Assembly (NCBI GenBank): GCA_017499595.2
Contig: CM039002.1
Location: 2,542,001 to 2,606,000, forward strand
From: Psilocybe cubensis
Lineage: Eukaryota
Length of the DNA stretch: 64,000 nt
Direction of reading: 5' to 3'
Shown here one piece after another: positions 13,446 through 22,700 of this stretch. Numbering within the stretch: position 1 is the stretch's first letter; every line of letters starts with the position of its first letter. The translations under genes and the position numbers were made by a program. Under the pieces are notes generated by a model. The model searched no databases. It was not told the origin of the DNA and saw nothing but the letters and a program-made list of their open reading frames with translations.

Positions 13446-13780
13446 ACTATGTAGCTTTAGCTGGTGAAGAGAGATTAAGAGTGTGATTCTCTCGCATTAG
13501 GTGAGAATAAGCAAAGGAGTGTATGTAAAGAATGTATGTAGCTAGCAACCTGATGTCAATGATATCAGGGTTTGGGTGGGGAGCACCACCAAATCTGTGA
13601 GAGTCTGAGGTCCACGGTGGTCAGCGGCTAGACAGGGAAAAACAGAACAAATGGGAGACCAACGTGGAAATGCCGTGCGTAACGCTAAGACTCGCTGATT
13701 TTGGATGGTGCAACCAACTCGAAATGCGAGGGAATACTCCGTGAGGCTGTGGAAGAGTCCAAAGTGAGCAAGGACCCCCA
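13446..13780 (-). repeat. Ngaro repeat B1
   Basis: Matches 12877-13211. Confidence 0.95.
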
Positions 13781-13955
13781 AAAGACCAGAGTAGGAGGGA
13801 AAGCAATGCCCGACGACGCGTCGAGCGAAATGGAGGACTCCCACACATCAGGAGGCGGGCAATACACGGGGAAAGGAAAAAACGCGACAGAGGAAGAAAA
13901 CGTAGCAGGAATAGACACTCACGAGAAACACAAGTTCACGGGTTGGAACGTCAGT

Positions 13956-16900
13956 TCATCCCCGAACGGGCGGGATGTTGAGTGTAATGCGATTGAACTC
14001 CGCAAAACATGCGGAATTCTGAATATAAGGTGCCAGGACCTTGGCGTGCTGGCGGAGATAGTTGGCAAAGGCGTCACTAGACCAACGACCCAGTGCCTTC
14101 ACCACCTCAAAGGGGACCCCGCGGAGCAAATACTCCAACACCGCGCCAATACGCAAGCCATGTCCGTGCAGCGGTTCAAGACCTGCCGCTGCTGCCGCCT
14201 TCTTGATGCGATCCAAAAAGGCTGTTCTTGTGAGCGGCCGCCGTTTACCAGATGCCGCGTGTGTGTAAGAGAAAAGAGACTCATTGCTGAGAGGGGAGTT
14301 GATAAGAAAGTGGTTGGCGAGAGCGGCTTCGGGATCAGATGGGCCATCTTGACGGGCCCAATACACCTCCTCGCCATCCGTGGGTGCACACTTTGTGCGG
14401 GGGATGAAGAAAACGGTTGTAGCATTGCCGGCGCGGTCGGTTACATAAGAAATGTTGGACTTCTTCACATGAGCATCAGGGTCAAAGGAAGCGAGGTTGC
14501 GAACTGTGAATTCGCCCAGGCGTGCGGCCGACCAGAAAGTTGACGTCAGACAAGCAAAAACGGCGGCGTCGAGTGGGACAGCAAGGTCAAGATGAGTCCG
14601 TATCGAGCTGATAATAGAAGGAGTGAAAGGTGCCCGCTTGGGGCGACGAGAGGAACGAGGTGCAAGCTTCATGCCAGCGGCAAGGGCGGCATCCACTTCA
14701 AGCTTGTTGTACACAAGCTGATGCCCATGAAGTGTATGCCATGCACGAATGCCATAGAACATGTTAGAAACCTGCGCACCAGAGTACAGACCCGCGCACG
14801 AGGAGAGAAAGGCAAGGAGAAGGATGTTGGTTAATGGGCAGCGCTGTTCCTCGGGAACTTCACGAAGATCACACCAGACATGAAAAACAAGAAGCGCACT
14901 GCCATATGCGCTACTCGTTCCATCAGCATATCGAGCACCCAGGACAGTAAGAACGCAGTCTAGATCATGTTCTGACAGAGGAACAGCATGACCTGCAGCG
15001 TCGAAGGCGGTCCGCGACGTTGCTGGGACCCATTTGAGCAAGCGCTCCGCAGCTACACAGTGTGGGCGAAGTGGGGATGGAGCTGGTACCAGATCTGCAC
15101 GGTATGGACGGGCGCGACGTCGAGAGGAAGGAGACTTCGTGGGCAAAGCAGGTCTCAAAGGGGAAAGGAGAAGCGCACGCGAGCGACGGGGTGTGATGGG
15201 GTTACCCAGCACGGCTGTCCCAGTGCGGGCGATAGAGCTCAAGTTCGTCAACGAAGAGCCGCGCGTTAGTCGGCTCTCGCGATGGGCGATCAGCTGCTGG
15301 AACTCTGTGTTTGAGGGTTTGGCTAGAAAACGCGGCGGATCTGGTGGTGGTTGCAGCGGGGCTGTCAAAACTGACAATGAGGTCGTGGAGACACGAGGGC
15401 AAGGTACATGGTGGGAGAAGAAGCGACTGCGACGGATAGATGCCCCGTGAGGGGCCGTCGGCTGGATTGTCATCGGAGGGGACGTATGCTGTAAAGATGG
15501 ACTCATCGCGGTTGTTGCTGGAGAGAAACGCGAGTATGCGTTTGAAGACCGTGTTGACGGCTGGATTTCTGCTCCGCCGGTTCCACCAACCTTCAACAAC
15601 GCCCATGTTGTCTCCGTAGATTCGGAGGCGAGGGGTGTCTGGTGCAATGGCACAGAGTGTGTAGACAAGAAGCTCGAAGCCGACAGCTTCAGCCCATCCA
15701 ATATCCCGTTTGCCATTAAGGGTCTGCCATCCGGGAAGAAGGCACCATGCACGCCAGCGGTTTCCAATGACGATTGCGATGCCAAACCCAGAGCTGGCGT
15801 CAGAGAAGGCTCTGACATCAGTGACCGCAACCGGGACTGGGATGGGACGCGCGAGGATGGGTTGAGATAATTTTCCCTTCCACCACTCGAGGTCGGCAGC
15901 AAGTGATTTGGGTGCGTGGCGAAGAGCGAGAGGACGTGAACTGGTGGCAAATCCACGGAGCATTGCTTCAAATCCAGTGAGATACGCGCGTCCAGCGGGA
16001 ACCACACAGGTACAGTGGAGAAGCTTCCCATACAGTTTTTGGACGTCTTCGAGAGAATGTTGAGACGCAGACAACCACGCCGCAATAGCATCCAGGTATT
16101 TTGACTTCTTGCTGCCTTCAATGCACACTGTGCGAGTTTCAAGGCACCACCCATAACCTGTGAAAGTGGCATAAGATGAGAAAGGTATGTCTTTAGCAGC
16201 CTCCCATGGTGTCCCGGTCTCTGAAGAAATAGAATCGATATCTGCAAAGCAATAAGAAAAACGGCTATCCTCCAGGGACCTGGAGGAAACCTGAGAGAGG
16301 TCCTGCAAAGGAAAACGGCAATCATCATCAGATTCCTCAACCGTGCCATCCACCAACAAGCCTCCAGTATAAAACACCCGACCACCCGAAAACTGAGGGC
16401 CCGACTCAGCAAACCGAACCGCAGCGCGGGTACGCTGTGCATTGTACTGTAAAAGAAACTTGCGAAGAATGCGAATGAAAAGATGATCATCAACCCACTT
16501 GGTGATGGGGCCAATGCCACGGGAGCGAAACACATCCACTGTGGCATCTTGAATGAGGCCAAACACACCGCCGGATGGTGATGCCCCAAACGCGCCTCGG
16601 GTGTCAACGCAAAACTGGTCATCTCCAATGCGGACAGCAGCAGCAGGCCACTGCGAAGGATGCAGAGGTACGGTGCGGAAGGCCTCAGATACATCCCGCA
16701 CGGCAAGCTGTGATCCAGGTGGAAGACGGCCCAGAAGCAGAGATACAACCGAAAAGGAACCCCAGGTGCAAGGAAAATTGGAAGCACAGGTATATGAATT
16801 GATGGAAGGGTTGGGAAACGAGGAGGAAGGTGAGGAGGGAAAGGAGAAATTCTGAATGATGCGGAATTTTCCTGGGCGGCCTGGCTTTGGAATGATCGAG

Positions 16901-17381
16901 AAAGGAGAAGTTTGGAAAGGGCCGATGAGAGATTCAAGATCGGCCCTCGTGAAAGGACCAATATAACGACCTTTCTCGAGCTCGAGTGCAATAATGTCAT
17001 TGAACTCTTGTTGGAATTGCTTGACAGATGGGCGATTAGGTGGGGATTGAGTAATGGAAATAAAAGGAAAATCAAAAATGAAACCGTGTTGAAACCCGTG
17101 TACAAGAAAAGGGTATTTTTGGTGAAGGCCAGACTCGTCAAGTAAGCGCTTCCAAGTGGCAGCTGGGTAGAGACACTTAATTTGAGTGCGCCTGAGCTCG
17201 AGAGCATTTCTGGGCGCCATGGGTGAATGAACCACACCCTGAACAGCGGTGTCTGTCTCCATGGCTGGACTGTGTGCACCCTTGTGTGGTCTGCCAATCG
17301 AAGCAGAGGGTCTGGCGCGAAGATTTGACAACGAGTGTTCTGCCCTCGCGGTCTGCGAAGGACGGGTGACTTCCATCCCAA
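13956..17381 (-). CDS. Retrotransposon tyrosine recombinase (recognisable domain about 13956-15150; upstream part overlaps RT/RH in another frame)
   Basis: Catalytic signature intact: SAARLGEF (R), PRTKC (K), GHGLRIG (HxxR), GRWSS (W), ANYLR (Y). The true start is unknown; the ORF begins at TTG. Confidence 0.9.
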   Translation of the reverse strand: MGWKSPVLRRPRGQNTRCQIFAPDPLLRLADHTRVHTVQPWRQTPLFRVWFIHPWRPEMLSSSGALKLSVSTQLPLGSAYLTSLAFTKNTLFLYTGFNTVSFLIFLLFPLLNPHLIAHLSSNSNKSSMTLLHSSSRKVVILVLSRGPILNLSSALSKLLLSRSFQSQAAQENSASFRISPFPPHLPPRFPTLPSIHIPVLPIFLAPGVPFRLYLCFWAVFHLDHSLPCGMYLRPSAPYLCILRSGLLLLSALEMTSFALTPEARLGHHHPAVCLASFKMPQWMCFAPVALAPSPSGLMIIFSFAFFASFFYSTMHSVPALRFGLLSRALSFRVVGCFILEACWWMARLRNLMMIAVFLCRTSLRFPPGPWRIAVFLIALQISILFLQRPGHHGRLLKTYLSHLMPLSQVMGGALKLAQCALKAARSQNTWMLLRRGCLRLNILSKTSKNCMGSFSTVPVWFPLDARISLDLKQCSVDLPPVHVLSLFATHPNHLLPTSSGGRENYLNPSSRVPSQSRLRSLMSEPSLTPALGLASQSSLETAGVHGAFFPDGRPLMANGILDGLKLSASSFLSTHSVPLHQTPLASESTETTWALLKVGGTGGAEIQPSTRSSNAYSRFSPATTAMSPSLQHTSPPMTIQPTAPHGASIRRSRFFSHHVPCPRVSTTSLSVLTAPLQPPPDPPRFLAKPSNTEFQQLIAHRESRLTRGSSLTNLSSIARTGTAVLGNPITPRRSRALLLSPLRPALPTKSPSSRRRARPYRADLVPAPSPLRPHCVAAERLLKWVPATSRTAFDAAGHAVPLSEHDLDCVLTVLGARYADGTSSAYGSALLVFHVWCDLREVPEEQRCPLTNILLLAFLSSCAGLYSGAQVSNMFYGIRAWHTLHGHQLVYNKLEVDAALAAGMKLAPRSSRRPKRAPFTPSIISSIRTHLDLAVPLDAAVFACLTSTFWSAARLGEFTVRNLASFDPDAHVKKSNISYVTDRAGNATTVFFIPRTKCAPTDGEEVYWARQDGPSDPEAALANHFLINSPLSNESLFSYTHAASGKRRPLTRTAFLDRIKKAAAAAGLEPLHGHGLRIGAVLEYLLRGVPFEVVKALGRWSSDAFANYLRQHAKVLAPYIQNSACFAEFNRITLNIPPVRG

Positions 17382-17637
17382 ATGCGCGGGAGGCGACAGG
17401 ATCGAAAGTCGTGGGAACGGCGGCCCAAACAGACAGCGCAGGCGGGCTCCGATGCTGCGCCGCTCCGAAAACCCTGAGGCTGCTTGTTGTTCTCGCGGGG
17501 TTGGCGGTAGGGAGAAGGAGATCGACGACGTTTGGAGTCACGATGATTGCGAGGAGGGCTGTCAGAGCGCATATGGGACTGAGTGGAACGTCCCGACCGA
17601 TGGGTGTCTGCTCTGTCGTGAGACCCACCCCATTTTG
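15202..17637 (-). CDS. Ngaro pol: reverse transcriptase + RNase H
   Basis: RT motifs SPFSIIPKPG..KFRIIQNFS, DVSEAFR, FGASPSGG and WVDD. RNase H motifs FSDASS, AEAVGFE, GDNMGVV and NPADGPSRG. Confidence 0.93.
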   Translation of the reverse strand, partial: QNGVGLTTEQTPIGRDVPLSPICALTALLAIIVTPNVVDLLLPTANPARTTSSLRVFGAAQHRSPPALSVWAAVPTTFDPVASRAFGMEVTRPSQTARAEHSLSNLRARPSASIGRPHKGAHSPAMETDTAVQGVVHSPMAPRNALELRRTQIKCLYPAATWKRLLDESGLHQKYPFLVHGFQHGFIFDFPFISITQSPPNRPSVKQFQQEFNDIIALELEKGRYIGPFTRADLESLIGPFQTSPFSIIPKPGRPGKFRIIQNFSFPSSPSSSFPNPSINSYTCASNFPCTWGSFSVVSLLLGRLPPGSQLAVRDVSEAFRTVPLHPSQWPAAAVRIGDDQFCVDTRGAFGASPSGGVFGLIQDATVDVFRSRGIGPITKWVDDHLFIRILRKFLLQYNAQRTRAAVRFAESGPQFSGGRVFYTGGLLVDGTVEESDDDCRFPLQDLSQVSSRSLEDSRFSYCFADIDSISSETGTPWEAAKDIPFSSYATFTGYGWCLETRTVCIEGSKKSKYLDAIAAWLSASQHSLEDVQKLYGKLLHCTCVVPAGRAYLTGFEAMLRGFATSSRPLALRHAPKSLAADLEWWKGKLSQPILARPIPVPVAVTDVRAFSDASSGFGIAIVIGNRWRAWCLLPGWQTLNGKRDIGWAEAVGFELLVYTLCAIAPDTPRLRIYGDNMGVVEGWWNRRSRNPAVNTVFKRILAFLSSNNRDESIFTAYVPSDDNPADGPSRGIYPSQSLLLPPCTLPSCLHDLIVSFDSPAATTTRSAAFSSQTLKHRVPAADRPSREPTNARLFVDELELYRPHWDSRAG

Positions 17638-18801
17638 CTAGCGCGTCGGACTGGACAGCGAGTAAAGCATAAACAGCAAAGTATAAGGCATAAAGCGGAA
17701 AGCAGGGTGCATGGTTGGGGAGAGTAAGGGTCGAGAAAATAAAGCGGCGGTGATAAAGCGGCGGGGGGTAAAGCAAAGAACGGCAAGCAACGAGCGTAAA
17801 GCAAACGGCGTGTAAAGCAATATGTGTGATGCACGGGGGAGCAGAATGAAAATAACAGCGGGTTAGTTTGATACACTACTGAGAAAGAGAGGAGCACGCA
17901 CCCTCGCTAGTTCGTATTGTGCATCTCTGGCATCGCGGTCGTCGTCTATAACCTTGGCTTTGATTTTCCTGTACAGCTCGTCGCTGAAGCCCGCCAGATC
18001 CCAGCCTCCTTCACCGGATGCAATGGAGATATGCCAATCCTTGCGAATACTCTCCTGGTAGGTAAAAAGCGCGAGGCGATTGAGGCGACCAGGGTCAAAA
18101 CGCGACGAGTGGTTCTCGATGCCTTCGAAAAAACCAATGAACATGAGAACACGTTCGGCTGGCCAGCCGGTGCGGCGAATCGCAGTAATAAATCTGGCAG
18201 TGGCAACATGAAATTCCTCCCACGTCAAGTCTTTATCCGGGACGACGCTGCGTGAGTCTTTAGTTACAAGAGAAGGAACAAACGAGGCAACCCCAGATTT
18301 CCAAACAATGGACATGGATTCGTCGGACGTGGCGGCATGGGCGCTAGCACGGGCGTCTGCAACGCCGGCATTTGTAAAGTACCAAAGTTCGACGTACTTG
18401 GCAGCGTCTAGACGGCGAAGGGCGGCGGGGTTGATGACGACAGGGAGGTCAACCGGGATTGGGCGATCAAGAACAGGGCAAAACTTTGCTCGGTTCTTTT
18501 TCACTTCCTCCAAATGGGCAGCCTCTGCATCTTGTTTGAGAAGCTGTGCGGCCTGGTCAGCCGCTTCCTTATCGAGGCGCGCGCGTTCCTCGGCCCTGGC
18601 AACCTCGTCTTCGCGCTGTGCTTGCCACGCGGTTTTTTGAACCTCGTTCATGGCGTGCCATATAGCAGTCAGCGCCGCTACGGCTTGTTCGTCGGTGGCG
18701 CCCGGGACGGCAGTTTTGTGGGCGTCGCGAACGGCTTGAAACGCAGGGAGCGTGTAATCCGGAGGGACAGCGTCCGTAGGATCGTCTACAATGCGTGCCA
18801 T
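17177..18801 (-). CDS. Ngaro gag-like protein, two exons (18801-17902 and 17650-17177), with C-terminal Cys/His zinc fingers
   Basis: Exon 1 MARIVDDP...YVELWYFT...QYELAR ends at donor AG|GTGCGT. The phase-0 acceptor CAG at 17653-17651 joins SDALAKW...CAVCLGRRSHDFRSC...CFDWQ...CSGCGSFTHGAQKC. Confidence 0.8.
17651..17901 (-). other. Putative spliceosomal intron within Ngaro gag (251 nt)
   Basis: GTGCGT donor at 17901, CTAAC at 17866-17862, no AG dinucleotide from 17875 to 17653, then CAG. Removing it restores the frame. Confidence 0.8.
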
Positions 18802-18855
18802 GGCGGGAAATTTTTTCTGAGAGGCCGATTTACTGAGTTCTGACGAACAGAGACT

Positions 18856-19016
18856 GAAAGGAAATTTTCTTGGACGATCTAAGGGTGGATGCGTCCAAAA
18901 ATTGTTGCTTCGTCTGTGTGGTGAGAGGGAAAGCGGTGTCGCTCTCACCCGCTGACTCAGCACATAGTAGCCGTTCAGCGATCGTAGCATTTCATTACAC
19001 TTCACACTGAACATAA
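18856..19016 (-). repeat. Ngaro repeat A1 (5' terminal)
   Basis: Matches 13285-13445. Confidence 0.95.
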
Positions 19017-19128
19017 GTGATGATGTTGTCGAGCACCGGGATGAGTGAGCACGGTTGTCGGGGAGGCTTTTCCACCATCACATGTGCCTCGGACACCGCC
19101 GAAACGACGGACGAGAGCATCATGAAGT

Positions 19129-19483
19129 TAGGGGCTTAAACTTTCAAAAGTTCAACGTCCAGTATCAATGTTCAAGTTCAGTTTAACAGCATGTCATTGT
19201 TAGTGGCATCTTCGTTTAATTTTTTCCAAGCAACTTAAATTTGAGATACAATGAGGTCCAGATCGAGATGTTGTCAATCAATATCCTAATGACTCAATCT
19301 CTCTCGAGCTCGATCATGATGATAGTAATAAATCGACAATTTGTTCTCCAGCGGGACAGTATAGATCAACAAATTTAAAATATAGAGATCTATAGGGCTA
19401 GGTATAATGTTAGCTGAGCAACTTTATCATTGGCTAAAATGTTTTTGACCGAAATGGAGTTGAACTTGGGTTGAACCGCCCTA
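19129..19483. mobile_element. Possible degenerate non-autonomous TIR element (TAGGG...CCCTA ends)
   Basis: Left end TAGGGGCTTAAACTTTCAAAAGTTCAAC resembles the reverse complement of the right end, TAGGGCGGTTCAACCCAAGTTCAAC. AT-rich interior; no TSD seen. Confidence 0.3.
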
Positions 19484-19727
19484 TGTCCCAAAGGCAGAGT
19501 AACTTCGCCAAACATCTTGACATTAGCAAATATATCACTATGCACTTTCTGTCACTAAATTAATGTCAATCGCTCTGGCGACACGATTGAAGCCGCTCTA
19601 CAATACGAGTACACTTGATCCTGAAATAATCGACCTAACACCCATGAAACCAATGTCCTTGGCAAACTTATCGCTTGCTGTCTTACCAACATCTTTCTGC
19701 GGCCAATTAATGCCACAAATATGCCTA

Positions 19728-22700
19728 TCAAACCTGCATACTTCCATTGTTGCCTGGGGCGTGCTCGAAAGTTGCGATGGTAGGCTTTTCCTGCGATGAA
19801 GTGTCGGCAAGGTCAACCATGCTCTGAACACTATGGCGTCTATCTCCATTGTTTTGTTGGAGGGTTCGGCGGTGATTTGCGTGGTGGTTAATAAATTCCA
19901 ATCCTCCTGAGCTGACAGCTAAGGACATAATTTCTAGTGAGATGCGAAAGACGGTAGGTAAACAAGAAAACTTACGTCGGTCTGAATCGACAATGAACAA
20001 TTCATAGATGGTTGCACCCAAAATGGTGGCTGGGATGTTGACCAGAGCTGCAATGGCGGAATAAGCTCCTCCTTTGGCTATTCAAAAATCATTGTTAGAG
20101 GGTAATTTCACTGGTTTGTAATGTTTGATAATTTACCTTCAACTCCATAGATAGTCATCGCTGCCAAACGCGCGCCTACATCACGGGCGGCATTCAATGA
20201 CACTGAGGAAAATAATTAACTTTTTAGGCAATTTATGTCAGACGCATGCATGCTCACCTCCTGGTACTGAAAAGCCCCAGATAGATGCAGCACTATAGGA
20301 GACGATCAGGCCTGATATTATGAAAATGAAAATTGTGTAGGGAAGGGGGCGAGTTCGAGAGAGGACAAAGTAGCCTGAGTACGGACAGAGTTTTGTAGAT
20401 ATTTATGTGTTTAGCACGGAAAGAGATGGGAAAAAAATAGGAAATATGATTCGATACGTCCTTCGGTGTGTAACGACGTCTCCGGTAAGGTGCTAACTAC
20501 TGACTACGCGTCTATGCTGTGGCCATATGGCGTCGACGATGCCAAGTGAGTGTGTCCGCAAGCGTCATGTGACGTGTTTGTTGTGAGTCGCGTCGCGCGC
20601 ACGCGTATCCAAATCCCTACATCTCCCCCCCACTTTAAATTTCAGGCTCCTGGCTGAAATTTCGGTTTCGGTTTCGAGTCTACATCCTGCGGCCCACTCC
20701 CTAGTGCTATTCGTGATATGGATCCATCCAGTCACGACCTGATATGTGGCCTGCTCAAGACCCAGTCTCAAGTGGCCTCTATCACCTCCTTTCCTCTCTA
20801 TTCGGTCAGTCCTCCTCCCCTCGCCATTCATTCTTCCTTCTAACTCTCTAACTAGCTCTCTCCATTGTCTATATGCCCTCGCTCGTCGTCTCTCGTCTCC
20901 GATCTCACTCAATATCTTTTCTCTTCCAAATTTCTCTTTCCCTCCTCCCCCCTCTTTCACACCTCCTCCCCCCTCTTTTGCACCATCGCCCGCTCGCTAT
21001 TCCTCGTCGCCGTCGAACTCCTCGCTGTTTAGGACCTCCGTGACCTCGATGACCTGTCGATTCCGCGGATAATAGGGAATTAAACGAAATGCTGCGTATT
21101 TCAGCTTTGATTCAGCTCCATCGAGTTCTGCCAGACGGTATGAACCTCCTTCGGAGCGGCGTACGACGACAAGTGGTCCCATGTATCTCGGCTTGCCCTT
21201 CCTTCCCACTTCAGCCTCGACCTTCTTGTTCAAGACGAGCACTAGTTCTCCGGGTTGAAAATTATAATCAATGATCTTATGTTTGTTTTTCTCTTCAAAT
21301 TCGGCAATGGACTGATATCTTCGCTTTAGAACACGTTCGTGGACCAGGGCTAGGTCGTCGTCGCGTCGCTCAAGTTGTCTTGCGCGCATACCGAGGAGTT
21401 CAGCGGTTGAAAGCGAACGGTCGATGTCCGGGAGTAGGAATGTTGCGTGAGTGAGGTCAAATGGTAGGAGCGGCTCGATTCCGTGCACAACATAGAATGG
21501 TGAGTACCCGATTGATTTCCTGATTGTAATTCGCTCAGCCCAGTACATGAATGCTACCCTCTCGTCCCACTTTTTCAAGGACCCGTCACCCGACTTGATC
21601 AGCGCTGTACGAATTGGGGTGTGCGTTGTTTCGACGACACCGTTCGCTCTCGAATTATAGCCAGAAATTCGAATATGGCTCACGTTGTATCGCTCGGCCA
21701 GCCATTCTAGTGCCGCCACGAATGGAGGTCCGTTATCCGTTATCATCTCAAATACTACTCCCCACCTCAACATCAACTTCATTAGAATGAAATTGCCTAT
21801 CACCGCCGCCGTCTCCGTCTTCAACTTATCCCATTCTGGCCATGTCGACATCCCACATCTTGCTTGGACAATATATTTGTACCCGTTTGAGGGTGGCATG
21901 TGCATTGTGTCGATATGGCATCTGCAGAACAGCCTTTCGGGTATCATTACGGTAGGTGGGATTACAACTTTCTCGAGCGACATCAATTGACATTGGTGAC
22001 AGGTGTCGATGAACCATCGAATATCCTTATCAATTTTTGGCCACCAGTAGCGATCGGCAACGTTATGGCGAGTCGCAAAGTACCCTCGATGACCTAACAT
22101 GTCATGTCCTTCGACTAGAACCTCAAGCCGGTCTTCTCCAAATAGCACGAGCTTGTGACGTATGCCGCTATCTCGACGCCATAATCTGTTCGCCTGGACA
22201 AAGAACCGACTGGCCTTCTTCACAAATCTCTTCAGTGCAACCCTATCGAGATTTGGTGGTGGTTTCAGTGTCTCCAGGTAAGTCTTGATTTGCATGAGCT
22301 CGTCGTCGAGTTGTCTGACTTCCTCTGTGTCTGGTAACCCTCCCTTTTCTGTCGCTTCCGCCATCTTTCTCTTGAATGCTGCTACCACTGCCTCCTCCAC
22401 ACTCATCACTTCTCCCTCTTTCGCTCCCTCGCTAATTTTAACCCCTGGTTCCTTCACCTTCACATCCATTCCTACTGCACCCTTCCCCTCGCTTCTCTTG
22501 TTCTTCCCTTTTAAACCTCGCTTTCCTATCCTCGGCCATTGATCTCCCTTCTTCCATCCCATTCCTGCCACTATCCACACCCCACATTGATACAACTCCT
22601 CCACCCACTGTTCTGCATCCTCCTCTGTCTCGTCCTCCTCGCCTTCAACCTTCCGCCTCCGTGACAACCCATCTGGACCCTTGAAGTTCTTCCCAGGGAC

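Larger units (their letters stand above)
12877..19016 (-). mobile_element. Full-length tyrosine-recombinase retrotransposon (order DIRS, Ngaro type) with split direct repeats
   Basis: Minus-strand order is A1 - gag - RT/RNase H - YR - B1 - A2 - 73-bp spacer - B2. A is 161 bp and B is 335 bp, and the copies look identical by eye. No target-site duplication. Confidence 0.95.

Noticed and set aside
12973-13848. Duplicated ORFs (MFSVKCNEML..., ...HSLTEYSLAFRVGC...) in the Ngaro 3' region
   Set aside because: They are translations of the A and B terminal repeats with no protein-like features.
18802-19014. N-terminal 71 codons of ORF 17863-19014
   Set aside because: The ATG is at the very edge of repeat A1, so it is unlikely to be used. 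Gag more plausibly starts at ATG 18801.
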